Shown here in pieces: positions 27,991 through 37,375 of a stretch of 64,000 bases of DNA (position 1 is the stretch's first letter; the number at the start of each line of letters is the position of its first letter). Source of the stretch: an uncultured Gemmatimonadales bacterium. GTDB lineage: Bacteria; Gemmatimonadota; Gemmatimonadetes; Gemmatimonadales; GWC2-71-9. The position numbers and the translations under genes were made by a program. The notes beneath the pieces were generated by a model. The model was not told the origin of the DNA, searched no databases, and was given only the letters and a program-made list of their open reading frames with translations. The stretch is from positions 512,001 to 576,000 of the forward strand of contig CAWCFX010000004.1 of NCBI GenBank assembly GCA_963795085.1. Reading direction: 5' to 3'.

Positions 27991-28061
27991 GGCTGGAATG
28001 TGCGCTGGCCCCGCCCCCACCGCCAAGGCCCCGGACCATCTACACCACCACGAGGATCCTC

Positions 28062-29426
28062 ATGCCGCTCCGATTGTCGTTGCTCGCGCTCCTGCTCGCC
28101 CCCGTCCTCCATGCCCAGGCCGGCCCTACCGCACTGCAGGCACGGTATCAGCCGGCCGCCGACCGTCTGATCCAGGCCGCGCTCGCCGATAGTGCCGCCT
28201 ACCGCCGGCTGGCGGAACTGGTGGACCGGTTCGGCCACCGCCTGAGCGGCTCGGCGAGCCTGGAGCGGGCGATCGACTGGATGCTGGCGGAGATGCGCCG
28301 CGACGGTCTCGACCGGGTACGCGGAGAGCGAGTCATGGTGCCCCACTGGGTGCGGGGTGAAGAATCGGCGAACCTGGTGGAGCCCCGGCCGATGCCGCTC
28401 CCCATGCTGGGCCTGGGCGGCAGCATTGGGACGCCGGCGGGCGGTATCACCGCGCCGGTGCTGGTGGTGAGCAGCTTCGCGGACCTGGCCGCGCGAGCCG
28501 CCGAGGCTCGAGGCAGGATCGTGCTGTTCGATGTGCCGTTCACGACCTACGGGGAGACCGTAGCCTACCGCCGCAATGGCGCGGTGGAGGCGGCCCGGGC
28601 CGGCGCGGTCGCCAGCCTGATCCGGTCAGTGGCGTCCGGGTCCATGCGGTCGCCACACACCGGGTCCATGGCCTATGACTCCAGCGTAACACGAATTCCC
28701 CACGCCGCGATCACCGTGGAAGACGCGGCCATGCTGCACCGGATGCAGGAGCGGGGGCAGCGGGTGGTGGTGCGGCTTCACATGTCGGCCGAGACGCTGC
28801 CGGACGCGGAGAGCCGGAACGTGGTGGCGGAACTGCGGGGATCGGAGTTGCCCGAGGAGATCGTCGTGCTGGGCGGCCACATCGATTCCTGGGACGTGGG
28901 GCAGGGCGCCATGGACGACGCGGGAGGCGTCGTGGCGGCCTGGGAGGCGGTGCGGTTGATGAAACAGTTGGGATTGCGGCCCCGGCGGACGTTGCGGGTG
29001 GTAGGCTGGACCAACGAGGAGAACGGGCTGCGGGGCGGCAACGCCTACCGCGATGCGCACGACGCCGAACTTGCCAACCATGTCCTGGCCATCGAATCCG
29101 ATGGCGGGGTCTTCCGTCCCCTCGGCTTCGGCTTCCAGGGCTCGGACTCGGCGTTCGCCCGGGTCCGCGACGTCGCCCGGCTGCTGCGGCCGATCGGGTC
29201 CGATTCGATCGCCCGGGGCGGCGGCGGGGCCGACATCGGCCCTATCATGCAGCGCGGGGTGCCCGGCATGGGGCTGAACGTGGACGGCACCCGCTACTTC
29301 TGGTACCATCACAGCGATGCGGACACCATCGATAAACTGGACCCGCGCGACGTGGGCCTCTCGGTGGCGACCCTCGCGGTGATGGCATATGTCATTGCGG
29401 ATATGCCGGAGCGGCTGGCGCGATAG
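28062..29426 (+). CDS. Secreted M28 peptidase (carboxypeptidase Q-like)
   Basis: Signal peptide; GHIDSWDVGQGAMDD, NEENG, ESDGG, YHHSDADT. Confidence 0.92.
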   Translation: MPLRLSLLALLLAPVLHAQAGPTALQARYQPAADRLIQAALADSAAYRRLAELVDRFGHRLSGSASLERAIDWMLAEMRRDGLDRVRGERVMVPHWVRGEESANLVEPRPMPLPMLGLGGSIGTPAGGITAPVLVVSSFADLAARAAEARGRIVLFDVPFTTYGETVAYRRNGAVEAARAGAVASLIRSVASGSMRSPHTGSMAYDSSVTRIPHAAITVEDAAMLHRMQERGQRVVVRLHMSAETLPDAESRNVVAELRGSELPEEIVVLGGHIDSWDVGQGAMDDAGGVVAAWEAVRLMKQLGLRPRRTLRVVGWTNEENGLRGGNAYRDAHDAELANHVLAIESDGGVFRPLGFGFQGSDSAFARVRDVARLLRPIGSDSIARGGGGADIGPIMQRGVPGMGLNVDGTRYFWYHHSDADTIDKLDPRDVGLSVATLAVMAYVIADMPERLAR

Positions 29427-29588
29427 GGGGACCTGGCGCCAGGCTGCCTTGAACTGCCCCTCGCGGAGGCCCCGGGGTTAGCCCAGGACGCGGAGCCGGA
29501 CAACAACAAGATGAGACGTGACGATGTGGGCGTCAGTGCTGGACGTTGCCACGAAAGCTTTCAGGTACTTCGTGATTTCGTGATTGAG

Positions 29589-29960
29589 CTACCCCTGGGG
29601 CGGGACCATCGTCAGCGTACCGGTCCCGCCTTCTTCGTCGGTGCAGGGGCCGCTAAAACTGCCGCCCTCGCCGGGGACGAGCACGCAGTTGACCACCACG
29701 CCCGGTTCCCACTGGAAGAGAAGCTTGCCTTCCTCGAGCCGGATCTGGGAGAGGGGAAAGCTCTCGCCATCGGGGGCGATCAGGGCGATCGAGAGGCTGT
29801 CCCCATCGTTCCTGACCTCGAAGGTGATATCAAAGGCTTCGCCGCCCGGGCCGGCCCCGGTGCCGCTCCAGGTTCCCGACTTGAGGCCCTGGGCTTCGGC
29901 GCCGGTGGTGGCCCCGCTGAGGAGGGCCAGCAAGGCCAGGACACGCACGGCTGATCGCAT
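29589..29960 (-). CDS. Small secreted beta-rich hypothetical protein
   Basis: Signal peptide MRSAVRVLALLALL..AEAQ; GTWSG motif. Confidence 0.7.
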   Translation of the reverse strand: MRSAVRVLALLALLSGATTGAEAQGLKSGTWSGTGAGPGGEAFDITFEVRNDGDSLSIALIAPDGESFPLSQIRLEEGKLLFQWEPGVVVNCVLVPGEGGSFSGPCTDEEGGTGTLTMVPPQG

Positions 29961-29989
29961 GATACAATCCGGAAGGGGGAGCGTAAAAG

Positions 29990-30325
29990 CTACTGTCCTG
30001 CTGCCCGGGGGCGCCAGCCATAGCGATCGAGATCGATTCTTCCCTCCCGGTCCACCTTTACCCCTTCCTCCCGGAGCACCAGGGCCTGGAGCCGGTGGTC
30101 GTCGGAGCCGGCCCGGGGACTGACCCGGCCGGCCGCGTTGACCACCCGCTGCCATGGCACCCGGGTCCCGCTTTCCAGCGCGTGCAGGGCATATCCGACC
30201 TGCCGAGCCCGGCCGGGCAGGCCCGCCAGGCGGGCTACCTGGCCATAGGTCGCCACCCGGCCCCGGGGTATCCGCCGGACTACAGCATAGATTCGAAGGT
30301 AGGAGGATCCGGGAGCGTTCTTCAC
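29990..30325 (-). CDS. Alkyltransferase-like (ATL/YbaZ) protein
   Basis: IPRGRVATYGQVA, ARQVG; PWQRV has Trp in place of the catalytic Cys of PCHRV. Confidence 0.9.
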   Translation of the reverse strand: MKNAPGSSYLRIYAVVRRIPRGRVATYGQVARLAGLPGRARQVGYALHALESGTRVPWQRVVNAAGRVSPRAGSDDHRLQALVLREEGVKVDREGRIDLDRYGWRPRAAGQ

Positions 30326-30444
30326 CGCCGTTCACTCCATCCGGGGGCGAAGCCGGGATCCTGTGCGATGGCGCACAGCGACCCGGGCCGATTTGCCTCT
30401 AGGTTGCGCCAGAGCCGATCCAGGACCTTCACGAAGGAACCACG

Positions 30445-31176
30445 ATGCCCAGTCATGCGCTGCAGAAGCTGATTCCGCCTGTGAACGTTGGAGAAACCGA
30501 ACGCTGGCTCTCGGTGATTGCCGGGGTCGGCCTGATCGCCTGGGGGCTTAACAGCCGCCGGCTCCGGAGCACCCTCCTCCCCACTGGCGGCGCGCTCCTG
30601 CTCCGCGGGGTCAGCGGGCGCTGCTCCGTCAACCAGGCGCTCGGCCGCGACACCGCCGAAGCCGAGCCCGAGTTCGACAGCCCGGTGGCCAGCGTGCACC
30701 GGGGCGAGGGCATCCGGGTCGAGAAGACCATCACGGTGTACCGGCCCGCAGAGGAATTGTACCAGTACTGGCGCAATTTCGAGAACCTGCCGCAGATCAT
30801 GCGCCACGTGGACTCGGTTACCCTGCTGGATGATTACCGCTCGCACTGGGTGGTGGACGGGCCGGCCGGGACCCACTTCGAGTGGGACGCCGAGATTCAC
30901 AACGAGAAGGAGAACGAGCTGATCGCGTGGCGCTCGCTCGACGGGGACGTCAACCACGCCGGGTCGGTGCGTTTCCGTCCCACGCCCACCGGCCGGGGCA
31001 CCCAGGTGCGGGTGGAACTGCGTTACGAGCCGCCGGCCGGCATGCTGGGCGCCGCGATCGCGCGGTTGTTCGGCGAGGAGCCGTCGCAGCAGGTAGCCGA
31101 GGACCTGCTCCGGTTCAAGCGGGCGATGGAAGCGGGCGAGGTGCCGGCGATCGGGGAGCAGCCCACCGGGCGTTGA
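30445..31176 (+). CDS. SRPBCC cyclase family protein with N-terminal DUF2892-like membrane domain
   Basis: NVGETERW, WRNFENLP, IAWRS, DLLRFK. Confidence 0.9.
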   Translation: MPSHALQKLIPPVNVGETERWLSVIAGVGLIAWGLNSRRLRSTLLPTGGALLLRGVSGRCSVNQALGRDTAEAEPEFDSPVASVHRGEGIRVEKTITVYRPAEELYQYWRNFENLPQIMRHVDSVTLLDDYRSHWVVDGPAGTHFEWDAEIHNEKENELIAWRSLDGDVNHAGSVRFRPTPTGRGTQVRVELRYEPPAGMLGAAIARLFGEEPSQQVAEDLLRFKRAMEAGEVPAIGEQPTGR

Positions 31177-31189
31177 GCCACCGGCGGGT

Positions 31190-34100
31190 TCACCGGGTGG
31201 CATTCCGCACTTTCGCCAGCATCCGCTCCAGCCGGTCGAGGTGGGTGATCGTCAGCGTCACCGCGCCGAACTCCATCTCGACCTTCCCCCGGAAAATAAA
31301 AGGCCCCTGGTCGAAGAGCACGTGGCCCCGCTCCCGGTAGACGTCGGGAAAGAGCACGGCCTCGATCAGGCCCGGCCCGTCATCGAAGGTGACAAACTCC
31401 ATCGGCTCTTCCTTCGCTGTGTGCACCGGCTTGGAGGTGGTCAGCATGCCGGCGGCCAGCACGCTCCGGCCCACGTGCCGGGCGAGCTCGGTGCTCCGGA
31501 CCAGCCGGAACCGCCGGAGCGATTCCCCGTGCAGGTCCATCGGATGGGCGTCGGTAATGAATCCCAGCGATTCGTACTGCTCCCGGCGCCGGCGGGTGCT
31601 ATCGTATTCCCGGAGCGCCGGGACCCGGTCGCATGAAGCGGCCAGGCCCAGCGGCGAACCGCCCGCCCGCCCGCCCGCCAGTTCCAGGTCCCGGTCCCGC
31701 GTCTTTACCCGGCGAAGCTCCGCCTCGTCGATTTCCCAGAGCATCATGGGCCGGGTCTTCCCGCCGGCAATGCCGTCGAGTGCCCCCACCCGGACCAGGA
31801 TCCGCAGGTCGTCATGGGAGAGGCCGGCGCGATCCCGCAGGTCGTCCACTGATGCAAAGGGACGGACCACCCGGCCCGCCAGGAGCCGCTCCACGCCCGC
31901 CGCCGACAGCCCCTTGATGAACTGAAAACCGACCCGGAGCCAGTCGTCCTTCCCGGTGCAGCGGAACTCGCTCTCGTTGACATCCGGCGGGAGAATCCGG
32001 ATTCCGTTCCGCATCGCCTCCGCGATATAGGCGAAGGGATGGTAGAACCCGCCCCCGTTCGCCAGCACCGCGGCGAAGAACTCGGCGGGATGGTTGGCCC
32101 GGAGATAACAGGAGTGCTGGGCCACCTGGATGTAGGAACAGGAGTGCCCCTTGCAGAAGCTGTAGCCGGCAAAGGACATCACCATGTTCCAGACCTTCTT
32201 TGTGGTCTCCGGGTCGCGCCCCAGCGCCTCGGCGCCGGCGAAGAACTCCCCGGCATAGGCCACCAGGCGCTTGCCCGGTCGCTTGTGGGAGAGCGCCTTG
32301 CGCAGCCCGTCCCCGCTGGACAGCGGCATCCCCGCGAAGGCGGCGCAGACGTTGACCACGTCCTCCTGGTAAACCATAACGCCGAAGGTTTCGCTCAGGG
32401 TGTCGCGGAGTACCGGGTCGAGGGGCTCGTAGGGAGCGCCGTGGAGCCGCTCGAGATAGACCCGGATGTACTGGTTGGAGGCGGGACGGATGATGCTGGT
32501 GTTGAGCACCAGCAGCTCGAAGGTGTTGGCCTGGCTCTTCTGGCAGAGCTGCCGCGAGGCGGGCGACTCGGTGTAGAACACGCCCATGGTCTGGCCGGTG
32601 CGGAACAGCTCCCGGGTCTTCGGGTCGTCGCCCGCCTCCGACGAGGTGTAGTCGATCAGCGTGCCGGTGTGCTGGTGAACCGCACCGATGGCGTCGCGGA
32701 TCACGGCCAATGAGCGGTTGCCCAGCAGGTCAATCTTGACCAGGCCGGCGTCTTCGGCCCCGTCCTTTTCGAACTGGATGACCGGCATCGTCAGGTCGGG
32801 GTGTCCCTCCAGTGTCTTGACCGCGGGCTCGAGGGGGACGTAGTCGGTGAGCGCGCCCGGCACGATGACCACGCCGCCGGGGTGGAGCGACAGGTGCCGG
32901 GGGATTCCCACCAGGGGCTCCGCCATGCGGGCCAGGTCGGCCCAGATACCGGGCAGTTCCAGGCTCCGGAAGTTGGGATGGCCCCGCATCATGTCCGCCA
33001 GGGTGGCATCGTCGTCTCCCCACCAGGGCAGCCGGCGGGTGACCTCGCGGATCTCGCCCGGCGGCCGGCCGTGGACCTTGGCGACCTCGCGGAGCGCGCC
33101 CCGAAGCCGGAAACAGTTGTGGTTGGCGACCATCGCGGCGCGGGGCCGGGGGTAACGACGAAAGACATAGGCCAGCACCTGGTCCCGCTCGTCCCAGGGA
33201 AAATCGAGGTCAATGTCCGGCGGGTCTTTCCGCTCCGGATTGAGAAACCGCTCGAAGAGAAGCCCCGCGCCCAGCGGCTCCACGTGGGTGATGCCGAGGC
33301 AGTAGCTGACCACCGAGTTGGCGACGGAACCGCGGCCGCAGTGAGTGGGGCCGTGCTGCACGATGTCGCGGACGACGAGGAAGTAATCGGCGAATCCCTT
33401 CATCTCGATAACCCGCAGCTCGTGCTCCAGCCGGTCGCGGGTGACCGGCGCGACGGTGCCATAACGGCGAGCCGCGCCCTCGTAGGCCAGTGCCCGCAAC
33501 TGCCCCATGGCATCTTCGTGTGCCGCCAGCCTGGGGGGGATGATTCGCCCCCGGGGAATCTGGTACCGGCACTCGTCGGCGATGGCCGCGGCGTTATGGA
33601 GTGCTTCGGGACAGTCGGGGAAGAGCCGGTCGAGGTCGGCGGCCGGCCGGAGCCAGGCCTCGCGCGGCGCCAGGCGGTCGGCCGGGCAGGCGGACAGGGC
33701 GGTGTTCAAGCTGATGGCGCGGAGCAGCCGGTGCCGTGACCAGTCTTCGGCGTTAGCAACCACTACGCCATTGGTGGCGACCGGTGGAAGGCCCAGCCGC
33801 CGCGCCGCCGCCAGCACCAGGTGGCGGTGTTTGCCGGGGACCAGCTCGGCATACAGGTTGTCGGGACCGCTCTCCTGGAGCAGGTGCTCCAGCAGCGCAA
33901 TGTCGGCGGAGAGGAGGGCCAGTCCCTCGCGGTCGGCGGCCAGGTGTCGCGCCAGCGAAAAACTCCCCGGCTCCCGTCCCCTGCCGCCCTGCCAGTGAAT
34001 CGCCGTGATCGCGCGGCAAAGTGCGGCCCAGCCGTGCTCGTCCCGGGCGAGGGCGACGGCTTCCTCGCCTCCGTGGACGAGATGGGCGCCCAGGATGGGA

Positions 34101-34276
34101 CGGATCCCCGCCGCCTCGGCGGCGTTCTGGAACTCGATGGCGCCATAGACCCCGTTGGTGTCGGTACAGGCGAGGGCGCTGAATCCCCGCGCAGCGGCAG
34201 CGGTGGCGAGAGCCTCCGGGCTGGAGGCGCCGATCCCGAAGGAGAAATGGGTGTGGACGTGGAGGTGGGTAAACAC
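31190..34276 (-). CDS. dnaE2: DNA polymerase III alpha, error-prone DnaE2-type
   Basis: PHP HLHVHTHFS; GRGSVANS, PPDIDLDF, RHLSLHPGG, KIDLLG; C-terminal OB fold; neighbours an ImuB-like gene. Confidence 0.88.
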   Translation of the reverse strand: MFTHLHVHTHFSFGIGASSPEALATAAAARGFSALACTDTNGVYGAIEFQNAAEAAGIRPILGAHLVHGGEEAVALARDEHGWAALCRAITAIHWQGGRGREPGSFSLARHLAADREGLALLSADIALLEHLLQESGPDNLYAELVPGKHRHLVLAAARRLGLPPVATNGVVVANAEDWSRHRLLRAISLNTALSACPADRLAPREAWLRPAADLDRLFPDCPEALHNAAAIADECRYQIPRGRIIPPRLAAHEDAMGQLRALAYEGAARRYGTVAPVTRDRLEHELRVIEMKGFADYFLVVRDIVQHGPTHCGRGSVANSVVSYCLGITHVEPLGAGLLFERFLNPERKDPPDIDLDFPWDERDQVLAYVFRRYPRPRAAMVANHNCFRLRGALREVAKVHGRPPGEIREVTRRLPWWGDDDATLADMMRGHPNFRSLELPGIWADLARMAEPLVGIPRHLSLHPGGVVIVPGALTDYVPLEPAVKTLEGHPDLTMPVIQFEKDGAEDAGLVKIDLLGNRSLAVIRDAIGAVHQHTGTLIDYTSSEAGDDPKTRELFRTGQTMGVFYTESPASRQLCQKSQANTFELLVLNTSIIRPASNQYIRVYLERLHGAPYEPLDPVLRDTLSETFGVMVYQEDVVNVCAAFAGMPLSSGDGLRKALSHKRPGKRLVAYAGEFFAGAEALGRDPETTKKVWNMVMSFAGYSFCKGHSCSYIQVAQHSCYLRANHPAEFFAAVLANGGGFYHPFAYIAEAMRNGIRILPPDVNESEFRCTGKDDWLRVGFQFIKGLSAAGVERLLAGRVVRPFASVDDLRDRAGLSHDDLRILVRVGALDGIAGGKTRPMMLWEIDEAELRRVKTRDRDLELAGGRAGGSPLGLAASCDRVPALREYDSTRRRREQYESLGFITDAHPMDLHGESLRRFRLVRSTELARHVGRSVLAAGMLTTSKPVHTAKEEPMEFVTFDDGPGLIEAVLFPDVYRERGHVLFDQGPFIFRGKVEMEFGAVTLTITHLDRLERMLAKVRNATR

Positions 34277-34365
34277 GCGAACGATACCTTAAGTGTCATG
34301 CGTTTTTGCGCTCTGTTCAAAAACAGGATCTTGCCTAACTATGTGGCTGTGTAGACCCAGCCAGG

Positions 34366-34580
34366 TTGATCCACCCAGGCTCAGCTGGTTGATCAATACC
34401 AGGCCCAACGGTGATCTCTACCCGGCCCAGCGTGTTGATCACTATCCGGCCCAGCGTGTTGATCTCTATCCGGCCCAGCGTGTTGATCTCTACCCGGCCC
34501 AGCGTGTTGATCACTACCCGGCCCAGCGTGTTGATCACTATCCGGCCCAGCGTGTTGATCACTATCCGGCCCAGCGGGCC
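34366..34580. repeat. 24-bp tandem array GATCWCTAYCCGGCCCAGCGTGTT: 7 near-perfect plus 2 degenerate copies
   Basis: GATC phased at 34413, 34437, 34461, 34485, 34509, 34533, 34557; degenerate units at 34368 and 34391. Confidence 0.95.
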
Positions 34581-34652
34581 TGAATCCATGAGCCCAAGGC
34601 GGGAGCCTTGGGCTCGGGTATCAACCCAAATCCAGGCGGCCTGAAAGGCCGC
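34568..34652. repeat. Left REP-like hairpin cluster
   Basis: GGCCCAGCGGGCC; GAGCCCAAGGC-GGGA-GCCTTGGGCTC; GCGGCCTGAAAGGCCGC. Confidence 0.8.
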
Positions 34653-34667
34653 GATACCCGTTCAAGC

Positions 34668-35119
34668 ATGCCGCAATCATTGTCCCGCATTCTCATTCAC
34701 ATGGTATTCAGTACCAAGCACCGTGCATCGGTACTCACGCCAGGAATCCGTGCGGAATTGCATCCCTATCTTGCCGCCGTCCTGACCAACAATGGCTGCC
34801 CCTCGCTGCGAGTTGGCGGCGTCGAAGATCATATCCATCTCTTCTTTGGCCTTCTCGCACGTTGACTGTTGCTCAAGTCGCAGAAATGGTCAAAACCAGT
34901 TCCTCCAAATGAATCAAGACCAAAGGCAGGGAGTTCAGCCAGTTTCATTGGCAAGGGGGATATGGAGCTTTCTCCGTGAGCGAGTCAGCCGCGGATGTCG
35001 TCATACGCTACATCAGGAAACAGCCGGAACATCACAAGCGACGGACTTACCAGGAGGAGTTCCGCAAGCTCCTCGGACATCACCATGTCACCTATGATGA
35101 GCGGTATGTCTGGGACTGA
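34668..35119 (+). pseudogene. tnpA: IS200/IS605-family (RAYT-like) HUH Y1 transposase, disrupted
   Basis: MPQSLSRILIHMVFSTKHR..GGVEDHIH, then a -1 frameshift near 34853, TGA at 34910 where Trp is expected, then FHWQGGYGAFSVS..RYIRKQPEHH..YDERYVWD*. Confidence 0.9.
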
Positions 35120-35135
35120 TGATGTCGCCCGTCGC

Positions 35136-35260
35136 CCCGGCCCGATGGGCCGGGATGATGGATCACGCGCCGTTGGCGCGTTTCCGTGATCCGTGGGGCC
35201 ATCCCGCGCGACCCCGGCCCGATGGGCCGGGCTGACGAATCGCTCGCGCCGTTGGCGCGT
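35136..35260. repeat. Right REP-like hairpin doublets, two copies
   Basis: CCCGGCCCGATGGGCCGGG at 35136 and 35213, each followed by CGCGCCGTTGGCGCG (35166, 35245). Confidence 0.85.
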
Positions 35261-35302
35261 TGCTACTCGCGTGTCGCGGGCCTGTTTTCCGTATCCAGTT
35301 GC

Positions 35303-35869
35303 TCACCTGCGTTTCGCTCCCCGGCCTTGCTGCACCACCGCCCAGGCCGGCTTGAGCCGGGCGATGCGCCGGTACACCGGGCACTCCGGCGCGTGGGCGC
35401 CCCGCAGGTAGCCGATGCTCATCAGGAACTCGCCGACGATCTCTCCGCCGGTGAAGCGAAAGGTCTTCCTGAAGAGTGCCACCCATTCCTGTTTCGACCG
35501 GGGGTGGTGGGCCTCGAGCCATCCGGCAAAGGACCCGTGACTCTTCTGCAGTTCCAGGATGGTCTGCGCATTACTGATGGCCGCGTCGACCTTGAGGCGG
35601 TTCCGGATGACGCCCGGGTCTGCCAGGAGGCGGGCCCGGTCCCGGGCTCCAAATCGCGCCACTACCGCCGGGTCAAACCCCCGGTATGCCGAGCGGAACG
35701 ACTCTTGTTTTTTGAGGATCGTGAGCCAGGACAGACCCGCCTGGTTGATCTCCAGGACGAGACGCTCGAACAGCGCGGCATCGTCTCCGATGGGGAACCC
35801 GTACTGGGTGTCGTGGTACGGCCCGTGCCATTCATGGCCGGAAGCGATTTGACAATACGTGGTGGTCAT
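35303..35869 (-). CDS. tag: DNA-3-methyladenine glycosylase I
   Basis: YHDTQYG, LFERLVLEINQAGLSWLTILKK, IRNRLKVDAAISNA, AHAPEC. Confidence 0.93.
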   Translation of the reverse strand: MTTTYCQIASGHEWHGPYHDTQYGFPIGDDAALFERLVLEINQAGLSWLTILKKQESFRSAYRGFDPAVVARFGARDRARLLADPGVIRNRLKVDAAISNAQTILELQKSHGSFAGWLEAHHPRSKQEWVALFRKTFRFTGGEIVGEFLMSIGYLRGAHAPECPVYRRIARLKPAWAVVQQGRGAKRR

Positions 35870-35871
35870 AC

Positions 35872-35977
35872 CGAGTCATTGTGCGAAAGTGGCCTGCCCA
35901 ATCGTCGATCATAGTGCGAAGCGAGCCTACTCAATCTCGATCGAGTCATCGCGCGAAGTGAGCCTGCCCGATCTCGA
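35872..35977. repeat. Three degenerate 33-37 bp direct repeats
   Basis: TCAT.G.GCGAA..(G)AGCCT.C.C.ATC.CGA-like units at 35872, 35909, 35942. Confidence 0.6.
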
Positions 35978-36086
35978 AAGCACGAAATACCAAAAAACTC
36001 AGAGAACAGTACTGCTATCTGGTCGCGTTTTTCTTGCTTTCATCATTTATCGTCCGGCTGTCTCCGGCGGCCTTCCGAACTTTGCA

Positions 36087-37321
36087 TCAAGCCACGAGGC
36101 CAGCCGCTTTTCCCCGCACCAGTTTCCCCGCTCCCCAGCGAGTGGTGATGCGGTCAATGGCGGCCTGCAGGTTGCCCGGCGGGGTGTAGCGGACGGGGAC
36201 CTGCGCCGCGGAAGCGGGCCGGCGTTCACCCGCCTTGAGGAGGACATCAGACCAGAAGAGGTCCAGCTGCGATTCCTCTTCCACCAGGCGGTCAGCCCGG
36301 ACGGTGACCGTGCGGATCGCGACCGGCCGCGCCCTGGCCAGCGTGAACGCCCGGCGTGCGGCGTCCCACAACTCCACGTCCAGCAGGGCGGGGGCGAGGG
36401 CCAGCCCGTGACGGGCCGTCAGGTAATCGGTATAGCACAGTTCGATCACCACCCGCCGGGCCGCCAGGTGCCGGGCCCGCAGCCGGCGGCCCAGCCGCTC
36501 CGTCATCCGGCGAAGCAGGGTATGCAGCAGTCCCACATCGTTGCTGTCGCTTCCCAGCGTATGGCTCAACTCGAACTCGGCCCGCACGGCGGGCGGAAGC
36601 ACCGGGCGGGGATCAATGCCGCGGGCCCGGGTTACCAATTCGCGCCCCGGCCGCCCGAAGACCGAACAGGCCTGCTGCTCGGTCAGCGCCGCGACCTCGC
36701 CGATCAGGTCCAGCTGGTAATCGTCAAGCCGGGTCCGCATGGGCGCCGGCAGATCGGGCAGGAGTTCGACCTGGTGGGGCGCCAGGAAACCGGCCTCGTG
36801 ACCGGCTTGGACTTCCACCAACGGCTCGCCATCGCCGCCACCGTCTAGCCGGTCCGCCCGCACTGCCGCTTGGCTGACCAGCTTGTTGGTGGCCACCCCG
36901 ACGGTGAGGGGAAGCCGGATCCGGTCGCGGGTCTCCCGCTGGATCCGGTCCGCCAGGTCTGCGGCGGGGCCAAAGAGCCCGGCGGTGCCGCTCACATCGA
37001 GGAAGGCGTGGCCGTACCCCGCGGCTCGATGACCGGGGCATAGCAGCGAAGGACCTCGTGCAGCGCCCGCGATGCCCGGGCGTAGAGCTGGGGATTGGGC
37101 GGGAGAATCACCAGGTCGGGGCAGATTTTCCGGGCTCGGGGCAGGAGCATTCCTGGCCGGATGCCGGCCCGCCGGGCCTCCAAGGAAAGCGCCAGGACCG
37201 TGGCCCGGTCCGCCCCCGGGGGAGCGATCACGATGGGACGGCTCCGGAGCCCCGGCGCCGCCAATCCCTCTACCGTGGTACAGAAGGAAGGGGGGTCTAC
37301 ATAAAGAACGGCCCGGAGCAT
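36087..37321 (-). CDS. Y-family polymerase homologue (ImuB/DinB-like, catalytic acids degenerate); -1 frameshift near 37018
   Basis: YVDPPSFCTTVE, EARRAGIRPGM, CPDL, EPRG/YGHAFLD, TVGVATNKLVS; C-terminal QLDLF clamp-binding-like motif. Confidence 0.85.
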
Positions 37322-37322
37322 C

Positions 37323-37375
37323 TTCGGTCTTTCTTCGGTTATTCCGGAAGATATGCCTCCCGCCGCCGACGTCAA
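37323..37375 (-). promoter_or_regulatory. Sigma-70 promoter (TTGACG-N16-TATCTT) plus CCGAA-N6-CCGAA box
   Basis: -35 at 37375-37370, -10 at 37353-37348, direct repeat at 37338-37323 next to the ATG. Confidence 0.65.

Noticed and set aside
34277..34360. CCGAA-N6-CCGAA box directly upstream of dnaE2 (also checked tag, ATL, DUF72)
   Set aside because: Searched by eye and not found; the motif claim rests on two promoters only
34366..34580. 24-bp array as a CRISPR array
   Set aside because: Units are contiguous with no unique spacers, and no cas genes are in the window
34293..34644. ORFs with DLYPAQRV / ITIRPSVL / INTLGRIV repeats
   Set aside because: By-products of the 24-bp array, open in several frames and on both strands
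34910..34912. In-frame TGA in tnpA as selenocysteine
   Set aside because: It sits where Trp is expected (SSKWIK) and the gene also has a frameshift, so it is best read as a nonsense mutation
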